NCBI GenBank assembly: GCA_963514005.1
Contig: OY740790.1
Location: 46,376,001 to 46,440,000 of the forward strand
Source: Raja brachyura
Lineage: Eukaryota
Direction: 5' to 3'
DNA: 64,000 nucleotides
Shown in pieces: positions 52,054 through 64,000 of this stretch. Under the pieces are notes generated by a model. It searched no databases. It saw nothing but the letters and a program-made list of their open reading frames with translations, and had not been told where the DNA came from. Position 1 is the first letter of the stretch, and each line of letters begins with the position of its first letter. The position numbers were made by a program, and so were the translations under genes.

Positions 52054-52146
52054 CTGAAGAAGGGTCTCGACCCGAAACGTCGCCTATCTGCTTCGCTCCT
52101 TAGATGCTGCTGCACCCGCTGAGTTTCTCCAGCTTTTTGTGTAACC
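52054..52146 (+). ncRNA. Penelope pLTR fragment with intact minimal hammerhead core; inverted twin of 51161-51253
   Basis: CTGAAGAAGGGTCTCGACCCGAAACGTC; flanking duplication GCAACTTTAATAA (52033-52045 and 52148-52160). Confidence 0.6.
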
Positions 52147-53349
52147 CGCAACTTTAATAATGTTTATGCAGTGCCCTCCATAATGTTTGGGACAAAGACC
52201 CATTATTTATTTATTTGCCTCTGTACTCCACAATTTGATATTTGTAATAGAAAAAAATCGCATGTATGGAGCAAAGGAAATAGACTGAAGGAAGGGTTTC
52301 GACCCGAAACATTGCCTATTGCCTTCACTCCATAGATGCTGCCTCATCCGCTGAGTTTCTCCAACATTTTTGTCGACCTCAGATATTAATAAAGGCAATT
52401 TTTATACATTTTGGCTTCACCATGTAGAAATTACCAGTGTTTATACACAATCCCCCCCATTTCAGGACACCATAATGTTTGAGACACAGCAATGTCATAT
52501 AAATGAAAGTAGCCATGTTTAGTATTTTGTTGCATATCCTTTGCATGCAATGACTGCTTGAAGTCTGCGATTCATGGACATCAACAGTTACTGGGTGTCT
52601 TCTCTGGTGATGTTCTTTGCCTGGCCTGTATTGCAGCCGTCTTTAGCTTTTGCTTGTCTTGGGGGCTAGTCCCCTTCATTTTTCTCTTCAGCATATAAAA
52701 GACATGCTCAATTGGGTTCAGATTGGGTGATTGATGGCCACTCAAGTATTGACCATTCTTTAGCTTTGAAAAAACTCCTTTCTTGCTTTAGCAGTATGTT
52801 TGGGATTATTGTTTTGCTGTAGAATGAACCGCCGGCCAATGAGTTTTGTGGCATTTCTTTGAACCTGAGCAGATAGGATGTGTCTATACACTTCAGAATT
52901 CATTATGCTACTACCATCAGCAATAAAGATAAGTGAGCCAGTACCGTCAGCAACCATACATGCCCAGGCCATAACACCCCCACCACCATGTTTCACAGAT
53001 GAGGTGGTATGCTTTGGATCTTGGGCAGTTCCTTCTCTCCTCCATACGTTGCTCTTGGCATCACTCTGATACAAGTTATTCTTCATCTCATCTGTCCACA
53101 AGACCTTTTTCCAGAACTGTGGTTGCTCTTTAAAGTACTTCTTGGCAAACTGTAACCTGACCACCCTATTTTTGCGGCTAACTAGTGGCTTGCATCTTGC
53201 AATGTAGCCTCTGTATTTCTGTTTATGAGGTCTTCCATGGACAGTGGTCATTGACAAATCCACACCTGATTCCTGAAGAGTGTTTTCGATCTGTCGGACA
53301 GGCATTTGGGGATTTTTCTTTATTATAGAGAGAATTCTTCTGTCATCAG

Positions 53350-55122
53350 TACTTTTTGAAGATGGCGTCGCGTGTACAACGCGAGGCTTTGCGTCTCCGT
53401 AGCTTTAGCGAGATAGTTTTTTTCTTATTAATACTTACCTTAGTTTTCGCCCAGAGCACTCGAGCGAAGACTCTATACGGCCGTCAGGAGCAACTGGAGC
53501 TCGGCCGTCTCTACGAAACGAGCACCAGAAGCCACGACTTTAAACTGCCGCCAGAGATTGTCAGGACACCGTGGTCTAGCGGGCCAGCTCCCCCAACAGG
53601 AAGTGTCCGGAGGCGGCGCAGGGACTGCAAACAAAGACGTGGGAAGCCCGGAGGCTACCGAGCTAGGCTGAGATCAGACCCGCACCAGCCAGCTCTGCCC
53701 AGCATTTTCCTCGCGAATGTCCAGTCCCTGGTGAGTAAAACCGACGAACTTCGGCTGCGCATCACCACACACAGACGGATCTCCGACTGCAACGCCATGG
53801 TCTTCACCAAGACATGGCTCACCGACAACATTCCGGACAACGCCATCGAGCTAGAGGGGCGCACTGTCTTCAGGGCCGACAGATCTGTGGAGGACTCCGG
53901 TAAGACCAAGGGCGGCGGACTGTGCATCTATGTGAACCAGTCATGGTGCACAGACGCTGTCAGGATTGGTAGGCACTGCTCTGCTGACCTGGAATACCTG
54001 ATGTTAAAGTGCAGGCCCTGCTCTCTGCCCAGGGAATTTACATCGACTGTCATCACTGCAGTCTATGTACCCCCGGACGCTAATGCCACGCTTGCAATGG
54101 AAGAGCTGCAAGCTGCTATCAGCAAACAACTAAAGGGCCTGTCACACCAGCATGCCACTACATGCGGTGAGCGCGACCAAACTGGAAGCGGGGGCCGCGC
54201 GGAGGTCGAGTGATCCCCGTACAGGGCCGGTCCCACCAGTATGCGCCTGCATGCGGCGAGCGCGACCAAACCGGCAGCAGGGGCCGCATGGAGGTCGGGT
54301 GAGTGGCGCTACGTGGCGCGAAGTTGGAGCGAAGTCCGCGGTAAGTTCGCAAGGACAGAGAGGGACACACAGAGAGAGGCACGGAGGCACACAGAGAGAG
54401 GGCCACGGAGGCACACACAGAGATGGTCACGGAGGCACATATAGAGAGGGTCACGCAGGCACGACGTCGAGACTGAGGAACTGAGGTGGAGCGGGTCTCC
54501 AACTACAAATTCCTCGGGGTACACATCTCGGAGGAGCTGTCCTGGTCCCTCAACACCTCAAAGCTGATCAAAAAGGCACAGCAGCACCTTTACTTTCTGA
54601 GGAGGCTCAAAAAAGCTCACCTGTCCCCCCAGATCCTGACCAACTTTTACCGCTGTACCATCGAAAGCATCCTAACCACCTGCTTTATGGTATGCTACAG
54701 CAGTTGCACGTGGCAGACAGGAAGGCACTACAACGGGTGAGAAAACCGCCCAGTACATCATTGGTGCCCCGCTCCCTGCCATGGATGCCCTCCACCGTAA
54801 ACGGTGTCTGAAACGGGCCGGGAAGATCATCAAGGACCCCTCACACCCTAACCATGAACTGTTTGCCCTCCTACCATCAGGGAGGCGGTACAGGAGCCTC
54901 AGGTCCCACACTAGTAGGATGAGGAACAGCTTCTACAATAACACCATCACACTGCTGAACTCAGAGTCCCACCGATAGATTTCTCCAGTCTCTACATCCA
55001 CATTGTCTGTATTCTGTATTTATTTTTCCATATTTCTATCACTACGACCCGACGCTAAACTGCATTTTGTTATACCTATACTTGTATTTGTGCAATGTCA
55101 TTAAAGTTGAATTGAATTGAAT
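53350..55122 (+). mobile_element. Rex1/Babar LINE with intact 5' end and 3' tail but a deleted middle
   Basis: GAAGATGGCG start; endonuclease motifs LANVQSL, FTKTWL, GGGLCIYV and AVYVPP; 3' part KFLGVHIS...LPSGRRY; (TTGAA)n tail; Tc1 sequence TGTCATCAG|CTGTGGAGG resumes after it. Confidence 0.88.
54352..54460 (+). repeat. ~22-24-bp degenerate tandem repeat (CACGGAGGCACACAGAGAG) in a Harbinger-like insert (~54134-54480)
   Basis: About 4-5 units; the insert begins TAA|AGGGCCTGTCACAC, like the Harbinger TIR at 3921. Confidence 0.65.
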
Positions 55123-57844
55123 TAGCTGTGGAGGTCTTCCTTGGCCTGCCAGTCCTTTTGTGATTAGTAAGCTCACCAGTGCTCTCTTTCTTCTTAATGA
55201 TATTCCAAACAGTTGATTTTGGTAAGCCTAAGGTTTGGCTGATGTCTCTAACAGTTGTATTCTTGTTTCTCAGTCTCATAATGGCTTTTTTGACTTTCAT
55301 CAGCACAACTTTGGTCCTCATGTTGATAAACCGCAACAAAAGTTTCCAAATTTGATGGAAAGACTGGAGGAAAGACAAGGTGCCGAGGTCTCTCTTATAC
55401 CTGCAATGGGGAGGCATTTAAGCCCATCTGAGTAATAACAAACACCTGTGAAACCATGTGTGCCAAACATTATGTTGCTTTGAAATGAGGGGGACTATGT
55501 ATAAACACAACTGTAATTTCTACATGGTGAAACCAAAATGTATAAAAAATACCCTTTAATAAAATCTGACAGTGTGCACTTTAACCACACGTGTTTTTTT
55601 TCTATTACAAATCTCAAATTGTGAAGTACAGAGGCAAATAAATAAATGATGGGTCTGTCCCAAACATTATAGAGGGCACAGTATGTTTTACACTAGATCA
55701 GGCCTAACTCTCTTACAATATCTTGATTCTATTTATGTTATGGAACCTCTAAAAGGGATACCGTGTCATCCAAAAATAATTAAACAAAACAAACAAAAGT
55801 CATCCACACACTGCAATCCTACCCATGGAAACCCACAACTGCACAGATGCCATCATCAATGTATTTGCCTGCCATATCCATGCCTGGGCAAGAGCCAAGG
55901 AATAGAAAAGACAACCTAAAATAACACCTTGAGGGCCCACGTCCGAAGTGGGCTTGTGGATGGAGTGTTCAATTTGAGGCGGTGATTCCGCCAAATATTA
56001 GCGCTGCCAAGTTAACAATGATTGAATGCGGCGAATTAAATGAAAATAAGCAGCATTTAATAGGTCATTTATGTATCGACAGAATAGTTGGTTGGTTTTA
56101 TTACATTTTAAGTGGTGCCTTTGTACTCGATGCCGAGTGCAAAGGCAAACTTTTTTTCCATTCCAGATAGCTGTTCATGGTAAGCGAGTACAGTGTAAAT
56201 GGAGAGGACATTAAGTGAACCTGACTTCCATGATACCTTTTAACATAGTGTGCACTGTCAGAAAAACAAATTACATCACTAGCTGGAGATGTTATTATAA
56301 TTACTGCATATACCAGCAACAGCAAAACAGTAAAAACAGTTCATAATTCACAAGGGGGGAAAAAAAAATTAAGGAAGATGCTAAAGAAAAACAGAAAAAA
56401 AGTTGAACCACTCTGCAGGTCAGGCAGAGTCTGCGGAAAGAGAAGCAGATCTTTCAAGGTGAAGACCATTCATCAGAGCATCAATCAATATAACAGTGTT
56501 CTAGCATCTCCCCTCGGTTTCGATGGACACGGCTGAAATTTAATTAAAGCATTCAAAATTCTGCCTTAGATATGATAAAATTATGTTAATCTTTAATAAC
56601 TGATTTCAAAAGGTTTATCAACACTACTATAACAGATTTTTACCAATACTGCAGACATGCAGTTAAGATCTATTTATAAGGTGCGATTTAAAATCTGCTA
56701 ATACAGTGGGGAAGAATCAGTACTTTTGAAGTGGGGAAAAATGAAGATATTAAGACAAGTAGCACAGAAGGTAAATCTTTGCACGAGTAAAGACAGTGAG
56801 GCACTGGTTGGTGTTTTTAGCTAAATAGCAGTTAGGCTTTGAGTGTTTGAAGGAAAACAACCTGGATAAACAAGCAGGATGATCGATCCGACAGTGAATG
56901 ATCAGAAAAATTGTGCAGGAATGCCACACTAATCACTGGGTAAAGCAATGACACTTACACTGAAAGCCACATAAATAACCAGGTAATTTCTGGAAAATTA
57001 AGAATAGCATATTTCAAGTCCTTATCTGCATACAGTATAATACAGTGTGAAATGCAACCAATGGCTTGCATGATAAATTCTTCTGGAATCACAGGTAATA
57101 AATAGTTTATTGCCTACCAAGAACAAATTAGTACATTGAACAGTTGCTTTTTTCTATAAATGCATACTCAAGTGACATCAAGGAATGGACAGTAGGCAAA
57201 TAAATTGAAAGGTATTAAAGTTACAATTTCTATGGAAACCAGACCATTTTATATCTTATACATAAATTCATAGTGTGCGTAATAGTATCTTCAAATACCA
57301 GCAGCACTGGAAGTAGTCATTGAAATCTCATAATGCATATTCCTCACTCCGAATACCTTCACCACATTGTCTCGTAGCCTTCCCTACTCTGAGGAAAGCA
57401 GTCCTCACTTCTTTAACCTATCATCCTAGAAATCATTCTAGTAAATCTTTCCTACATTCTCTTTAAGTTCCTCACATCCTTTCAAAAGTATGAGAACCAA
57501 CTTGTAAATAATACTTTGGTCATAGCTACACCAACATATTAGCATCATTGTTTCTCTTCTTCTTGACCATATCCCAGACATTCCCCTCAATTTTGCCTAT
57601 CCTTCACATTTGTTTTGAAACTTAAAACATGCTTGTTTTCAAACTTTGATGAAAGCATTTACTCGAAACACTAATTGTGCAACTCCACCATTTCCAAGTT
57701 ATATTTTAGTAACATACTATTTATCTTTTACAAATCTGCCAGCATCCAATTACACAATAAGCTACTAAGTTGGTTCCATTTATTGTTTTTAACCTGTGTC
57801 CATTCATTGCTTTTAACCTGTGTCCAACCACTGATGTTAAACTG

Positions 57845-57969
57845 TTAAAGAAGGAACTGCAGATGCTGGAAAATCGAGGGTACACAAAAGGCTGGAGAAA
57901 CTCGCTGGTGCAGCAGCATCTAAGGAGCGAAGGAGATAGGCAACGTTTCGGGCCGAAACTCTTCTTCAG
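57845..57969 (-). mobile_element. Short Penelope 3'-end insert with 15-bp TSD
   Basis: TSD ACTGATGTTAAACTG (57830-57844 and 57970-57984). Confidence 0.88.
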
Positions 57970-59145
57970 ACTGATGTTAAACTGATTGACTTGTACCTGT
58001 TGGCTTTCTCTCTCTTCTAAGTACAGCTGTAACATTAACAATTTCCCCCACATCTGTAAGAATAACTGCATTATATACCCAGTACCTCCATAACTTCTCT
58101 ATTTTCCCTCTCCAATGTCACATGTTGGTGACATCTATTTTGAGCATGGGCAGTCATTTTAGTACTTCCACCATAAAAATCTTTGCTCACCAAGTACTCA
58201 ATTACAACTTCTCCCGTACAATGATCTTGGCAGCAGCTTTATAGGTAAAATTAGATGCAAAACATGTTCAGTATGTCCGAAATGCCCACTGTCACCATTA
58301 GTTAGTCCCATTCTGGTCCACAATGCTCCCCTTAGTACCTTTTTCCCATTTTATACGATTTGCTTCTCATTTTATTTTAGCTGTCAGTATATTCCCACGT
58401 CAAATTTCGCCCCTCTTATTTACACCTCAAAGCTTCCCTATGGTCAGGTGCTATTTTAATTGCATTATAACTTTAAATCCTAATTTTCCACTAGACTTTA
58501 ATAGTTCTTTCATCAACATGGGAGCTCGGTCTGCGATTAGTCAACGCTGTGCCCTCCAGTCCAAATATAGATAGATTGTACCCAGACCTTTACCATTTTA
58601 AAGGCTGACTTTGTTCTGTTGGTAGGACGAACAAAATAATTCCATTGGACATCTGTCTGAAAATCCCCAAAGGTCACGACTACAAGGTTCACTACTTGCT
58701 GTCCAACAATGTGTCTGCTGAACTCTGATTCATTGTGGCAGGTTAACCCAGTGGAACATTCTTTGCCACTGAAAGCTCATCCACACATGGGATGAAGAGG
58801 TGGCCATGTGATCATTTTTACAGGAGCTGATCGATCAATTCCTTTTTTGAACAATTTATAGGAAATACTTTTCAGTTGAGAGGTGAGGGACCTCATATCT
58901 GCCCGCACCCTATATAAGATTGGAACTCGAATTGTAACTTAGAAAATTCTGATATGATTGGACAGACTAGATGCCAGCAGTATGATTTGCCTGGATACAG
59001 CATCCATAACAAGCAGCTCACAATTCTGTGTTAGAAGAAATACAGAACTGATATGAAACGGAAATTCTTCACTCAAAGGGTAACAATCCTATAGAAATGC
59101 CAACACCAGAAGCCAAGGCATTGAATACTTTAAAAGGAAATAGTT

Positions 59146-59628
59146 TACCCCCTACAATCAAATTGTGGATTTCAGGAATGGCTGAGACTTTACACTTGGA
59201 AAGAATAAGACTTGCACTTTTAGGCAAGTTAGACCAATTTAATCTGATTTGGTCTCCATTCCTTGAATATCTTAAGGGACCAATATGACTCGGTTTGTGG
59301 ACCTGATCGAGACCTGAACGAAGGATTGAACGAAGAATAATACATTATTGATCACGGATATATTATTATATAAATACTGTTTGTATAATATACCACTGTT
59401 ATTTTATTTACTTTTCTCTTTTGGTTATTTTATAACTATTTTTATGTTATCCATTCTTCACATTTTCCTACTTTTCACTAAAAAAAACTACAATAAAATG
59501 TTTAGAAGTATATATAAGAAAATATGGTAATTATTACCTATCTCTTTATCAAGAACGTTGTTTTTATATGTACTTATATTTGTACTTACATCTGTACTTA
59601 TACTTCTAATAAAAATTATTCAACAAAA
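59146..59628 (+). mobile_element. 5'-truncated L1-clade LINE
   Basis: PPTIKLWIS...LERIR...KLDQFNLIWSPFLEYL C-terminus; AATAAA plus A-rich tail; TSD AAAAGGAAATAGTT (59132-59145 and 59629-59642) at a TT/AAAA site. Confidence 0.85.
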
Positions 59629-60518
59629 AAAAGGAAATAGTTAAATTGCTAAGCACAAAAGACATTGCAGTACAACAGAGCAATAATATAGCTTTGGGAC
59701 AGATTAGCCATGATCATATTACACAATGAAACACACTTAAAAGTCCAAATGGCCCACTTCTGCTCCACATTTATCTTGTTTTGGCAAATAAATGGTTTAC
59801 CATTGCAATCTTAAGCTTTTAAATACCACAAGAAAACAGGTGCACAATGCTGTATTTTGGTTAACTTTGATATTCAACCCATTTACCCGAGTTCCAGACA
59901 CCAGTCCTATAGTGCAGGAGGCAGAAGACTGAAAGCTCACTATGGGGATGACAATTAAAATGGCTTGCAACCAGGAACTTCAGGAGAACCAGACAGAGCA
60001 CGTGTTTGGCAAAATGATCAGCAAGCCTATGCTTGCCGATGCAGACACCACATTAAGAGCATGCAGTAGATAAATGTTATACTTTGGTGCAGAGCACAAA
60101 ATGCAATTAGATGGCCAGCCTGTTTATAGCCTATGCATTACATTAATATGATTGGTCCCATACGGGACTTTGAGATAAATAAAAAATAATGAGCTAGTAA
60201 GCAATTAGCATTGTAAAATTGCAAAGTTACTACAAGATCACATTTAATCAAAGGCACTGTATAACTGCTCAACACTGTCCAAAGACAACATTTGAAACAT
60301 TGCCAGAAAATATTAATATAAATCCACTTTTCCCACGTCAAATGCAGAAACAACAAATGTAACTCGTAAATTACTAATCTTTCAAGTTATGCCTTATTCA
60401 AAGGAAAAGCCAAGCAGTATTAAATAGGGGTTATTAGTTATAGGTTGTAAAAAAAGTCTTCACTGCACCAGCCACAAATCACACTGAAGTTTTAATGCTA
60501 TTCATGCTATCTCCTTAC

Positions 60519-60731
60519 CTCCAGTGGAAAGGATTACAATGGGCTTGACAGCTGGAGCTGGTGAACTTACAGAAATTTGAAAAGATGCCCAATGCAGTGC
60601 AATGCTGAGAAAGTGGAGCACGAGTATTGCTGGGGACAGTGAGGTAGTGCATTTTGCTAGTTGGTGAAGGTGAAGAGATGCGATCAATGACACCATTTTC
60701 TTCAGAAAGGCAGTTTTCAGAGGGCCAGATT
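60519..60731 (-). CDS. MAST2: 213-nt frame-preserving (phase 2-2) alternative exon of the MAST kinase
   Basis: Acceptor ctttgttag and donor GAG|gtaagg; open frame IWPSENCLSEENGVIDRISSPSPTSKMHYLTVPSNTRAPLSQHCTALGIFSNFCKFTSSSCQAHCNPFHW+AG gives ...[10 protein letters not shown]. Resembles a recalled MAST2 isoform segment (...SPTS...LAIFLN...PLPWSCRTSNRK). Confidence 0.7.
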
Positions 60732-62919
60732 CTAACAAAGCATAGTAGTACAACAGAGAATCAATAACTCTGAGAATTTAATCTGCTCTTTTTTAAAATC
60801 CTCTACAAAATTTACCCTAAACTAATCAGCAGTTTAATCTGGCATTATAAACAGAAAAGTGAAAACAGTTAAAAAATCATATTCTAAATGCAAGATCAGT
60901 GTCAACTTGGGCACTTCGATGTTGAAAAGAAACAGTATTCTTAGGACAGAGGATTATCCGTAACCTTTAGGTTTAAAAAAAATTACAGATGCTTTGTGCT
61001 ACAACTTATATAAATATATTCCGTCCAACTACATTTTAACAGAATTAATAGGGAAAAAAAAAAATTGCAAGGTGGATAATTGCATTAAAAAGTCTTATAC
61101 AATCGAAATGCAAAAGACTGCAACTGCTGGAATCTTAAGCAAATCACAAACCACTGGAAGATCTCAGCTGGTTAGGCAGCGTCTGCAGTGGGAATAGACA
61201 GGTGATATTTCAGATTAGGATCTTTCTTCTGACGAGTCTTGTTTAAAACGCATGTACGTTTTACTTTTTTTAGCACTTGTGAATGTTTCTATGAAGAACA
61301 TGATTGAGCAAAAACGTACATCCATTTCAAACAGGACATTTAACTGTCAGATAAAAACCTTTAATTACTTCTTACAACTGTTTCCTCCCATAACGTGATG
61401 TGTCTGTTTTAATGCTTCAGAAAATGTTTGATTGCAAGAGAGCAAAACTTCAAAATGTATTATTAGATGAAGCTAATGTTCTCCAGTGAGTCTTGATCAA
61501 ATCCCCAAGTTCCTGATCTGAGCGGTGATGACCTGAGATGTTGACACCAGTTCCACGGAATCAGAGAATGGCAGGAGAAAAAATTGTTAAAACCAAGAAG
61601 AGCTGATAAAGTACAATTCTCCAGGTTGAGAATCAATAATAAGATTAATTTAAAAATAATCATCAAGAGGTTTTTGATGGGAAATTTCATAGCACAGACC
61701 TATTAAACCCATGGAATTTGGCCATGGATTATTGCACCTTTTCAGAGGAAAAAGAAAAAGAATGTAAAATACCTTTTCTTTTCCACTTTAAAAATCCTAC
61801 GGTTATCAAATAACATGTTCATATTACATTTTACCTCAGTTTGCAAAGCTTGGAATATGTCAGGGAATTAAGTATTCAAAAAGGAGTAATCAGCAAACTA
61901 AGAGTTCCTGTGGTCTTATGCATAGCAACTATTTGAGCTTCCAGCTTTGTCCAGACAGGAGATGAATGATACACAAATACTATTTAAAAACAAGAATAAA
62001 TCTTCAGCTTCAGTTATTGACAGCAGAATAATAACCAGCTTGGGGTATTGCACAATGATACGTAAGGAAGTAGTACTATTATATTAGGGTGGTGTTTTTA
62101 CACACATGTGATTCAGCAATTTTATTAAATACAAGCTCCTGAAAACAATTGAAACAATCTATGAAATGGTAAAGTAGTAGTGAGTTAAGATGGTAATAAT
62201 TATTAATATTAACTGTCTAAGGCTAGATCATAGAACTCATTTGCACATATTGAAGCAAGCAGAAAGAATGCTGGTATGTTTGATAATACTGGGTTGACAA
62301 GACATGATAAGTGATCTTGGATTTGGAATACAAAGACTTATCGAGCTAATGGCTCAAATCTACAGTGCTAAGAACTAAAATTTACAGCATGTGGAAATAT
62401 TAATTGTACAACGCACACTGGAAAATCGATTTAAACATTGGAGGAATAAGCTAGTGTTCATTTCCGTTCAACAGATTGCACATCATTCAAAACAGAGCTA
62501 AAAGTTCAGAATGAAATAGCTTTACAGCACCAAAAAAGTCTTCTATTAATAGTTGAGCCAGATATTTAAATATGCATGCGTTTAACAGACCCAAGGTTTT
62601 GATGGATTGCTTTAATCATCAGTATTTAAAGTTAGTATCAGCAAAGGATGTCGCCAAGAATTTCCTTATATCAGAATTGCAAATAGATCATCCAAGTTTG
62701 AATGGTTGACCATCTTGCCATTTATAACGATGATCATTAAATTCTTAGCTGATTAAACTATATACGTGTCAACAAATAATTAATTTCAACATCATATCAT
62801 CAATTTTACAATATGTAAATCCAAGCAGGGAAGTTCATTTTTTCTTCTAGTTTTTTCTTGCAGTACTCAATGACTTTTGCTCAAAATAATATTTTGACAG
62901 AGTTAAAGTATGAAGTACT

Positions 62920-63630
62920 ATGATACAAAAAGTGATGTAGGAACTCAGTGAATCAGGCAACATCTGGCCTCAGTGAATGAATAGATGACATTTTGGGTTG
63001 GGACCCTTCAGACTGATTGGATTGCGGGACGGAGGGGTGGAGAAAGCTGAAAATGAGTGGAAGGTTGGGATAATGACTCGCAAGTGATAGGTAGATACAG
63101 GTGAGGTGGGGGTGGGGGGGTAGGAAGAGGGGTGGGGGTTATTGGACTATGGGCCAAGTAAGTGACAAAGGCTAGAAAAGGTCTCCTTTCAGGCTGTCAG
63201 CTAAGGAAAGAAGTGAAGTTAAATGTAAAGCTGGAGGGAGAGATACAGGTAGAAGGAGAGAGAGGGGATGAGGAAAGAGAGGAGATAAAAATGTCTCGTA
63301 GAATAATCAGCAAATGAAAAATGTGGATCGCAGGGATGGGAGATGAGTATATCAATGAGGGGAAAGGAGGACTGTGACTGGGATGGTGGAAGAAATGTGT
63401 GCGCACCAGTCACATCACATCATTAATCACACATTCCTGTCTCCACCCCTTCCCACAGAGACCACTCCCTCTGCAACTCCCCGATTCGCTCAAAACCACC
63501 CCCGCCTCAGGCACTTTCCCCTGTAACCACAGATGTGGCATCTAAACTTTATTTCCTGCACAAGACCTGCTGAGTTGCTCCAGCACTTTGTTTTTTTGCT
63601 CAAGATTCCAGCATCTGCAGGTTCTTGAGT
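62920..63630. mobile_element. Old Penelope-like fragments in inverted arrangement
   Basis: Minus-strand pLTR (GGGACCCTTCAGACTGATTG), purine tract, then plus-strand DHSLCNS...GTFPCN and CCAGCATCTGCAG end. Confidence 0.65.
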
Positions 63631-63729
63631 CTCTTTTCATTGTAGTTATCACTTGGTCATTACTCAGAAAAAAAATGATGCGTATAACTAATGTTTCCAA
63701 ACTTACTGTCCATCTTCGAATGATGACTG

Positions 63730-63869
63730 TTTAAGAAGGAACTGCAGATGCTGGAAAATCGAAGGTAAACAAAAATGCTTGAGAAACTCAGCGGGTGAGG
63801 CAGCATCTATGAAGCAAAGGAAATAGAACGTGTCAGGTTCTATTTCCTGGACCCGAAATGTTCTATTTC
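63730..63869. mobile_element. Penelope 3'-end insert with scrambled 5' inversion and 16-bp TSD
   Basis: TSD CTTCGAAT(G/T)ATGACTG (63714-63729 and 63870-63885). Confidence 0.85.
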
Positions 63870-64000
63870 CTTCGAATTATGACTGCTGTGTTTACAACTG
63901 GATTGACAAAGGACTTAAAAACATTGTTATGGAATAAATCTTGTCCAAATAAATCTGCATGTGCGTGCAGCAGCTTATTACAAACCCTTCTGAATCCTGC

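Larger units (their letters stand above)
52169..55681 (-). mobile_element. Full-span Tc1 transposon with long TIRs, interrupted by Rex1 and Penelope inserts
   Basis: Ends CAGTGCCCTCCATAATGTTTGGGACA...TGTCCCAAACATTATAGAGGGCACAG|TA; HTH in ORF 55076-55417; WKKVLWTDE, VKHGGGGVMAWACM and QQNNNPKH (second catalytic D lost) in ORF 52760-53305. Confidence 0.92.

Noticed and set aside
56955-56995. Possible 31-nt minus-strand micro-exon (ttccag...AGT|gtaagt)
   Set aside because: Not frame-preserving and no MAST similarity.
57775-57826. 24-bp tandem duplication
   Set aside because: Ordinary local slippage with no further structure.
60502-60753. 83-aa ORF from the track (MYYYALLES...)
   Set aside because: It overlaps the candidate exon in another frame; only the phase-2 frame joins the MAST exon.

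Overview
Repeat-rich vertebrate genomic DNA with no prokaryotic features. The repeat set (HE1/V-SINE-like and Deu-domain SINEs, CR1, Rex1/Babar, Penelope, DIRS, hAT, Tc1, Harbinger) suggests a cartilaginous fish, probably a skate or ray (inference). The window appears to be the 5' intronic region of a minus-strand MAST-family kinase gene, most likely MAST2, whose exons are missing from the ORF track. I found a 92-nt constitutive exon (8352-8443, [30 protein letters not shown]), a MAST1-like first exon (28203-28276, MSDSFWTLLSNFSMP...), a 213-nt frame-preserving exon (60519-60731) and a weaker candidate micro first exon (34260-34279). All three upstream exons splice in phase into the 92-nt exon. 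The most unusual non-gene signals are: many short, often fold-back Penelope-derived inserts carrying a minimal hammerhead ribozyme core, with 13-16 bp TSDs and junction microhomology; CAGG-terminated non-autonomous elements with 8-bp and 5-bp TSDs that nest and share a GC-rich module; a ~0.9-kb mini-DIRS keeping its cis-elements; a 34-bp TIR-only element; and a strict 16/32-bp periodic array. Coordinates of old, degenerate repeats are approximate. Family names come from recalled motifs, not database searches.
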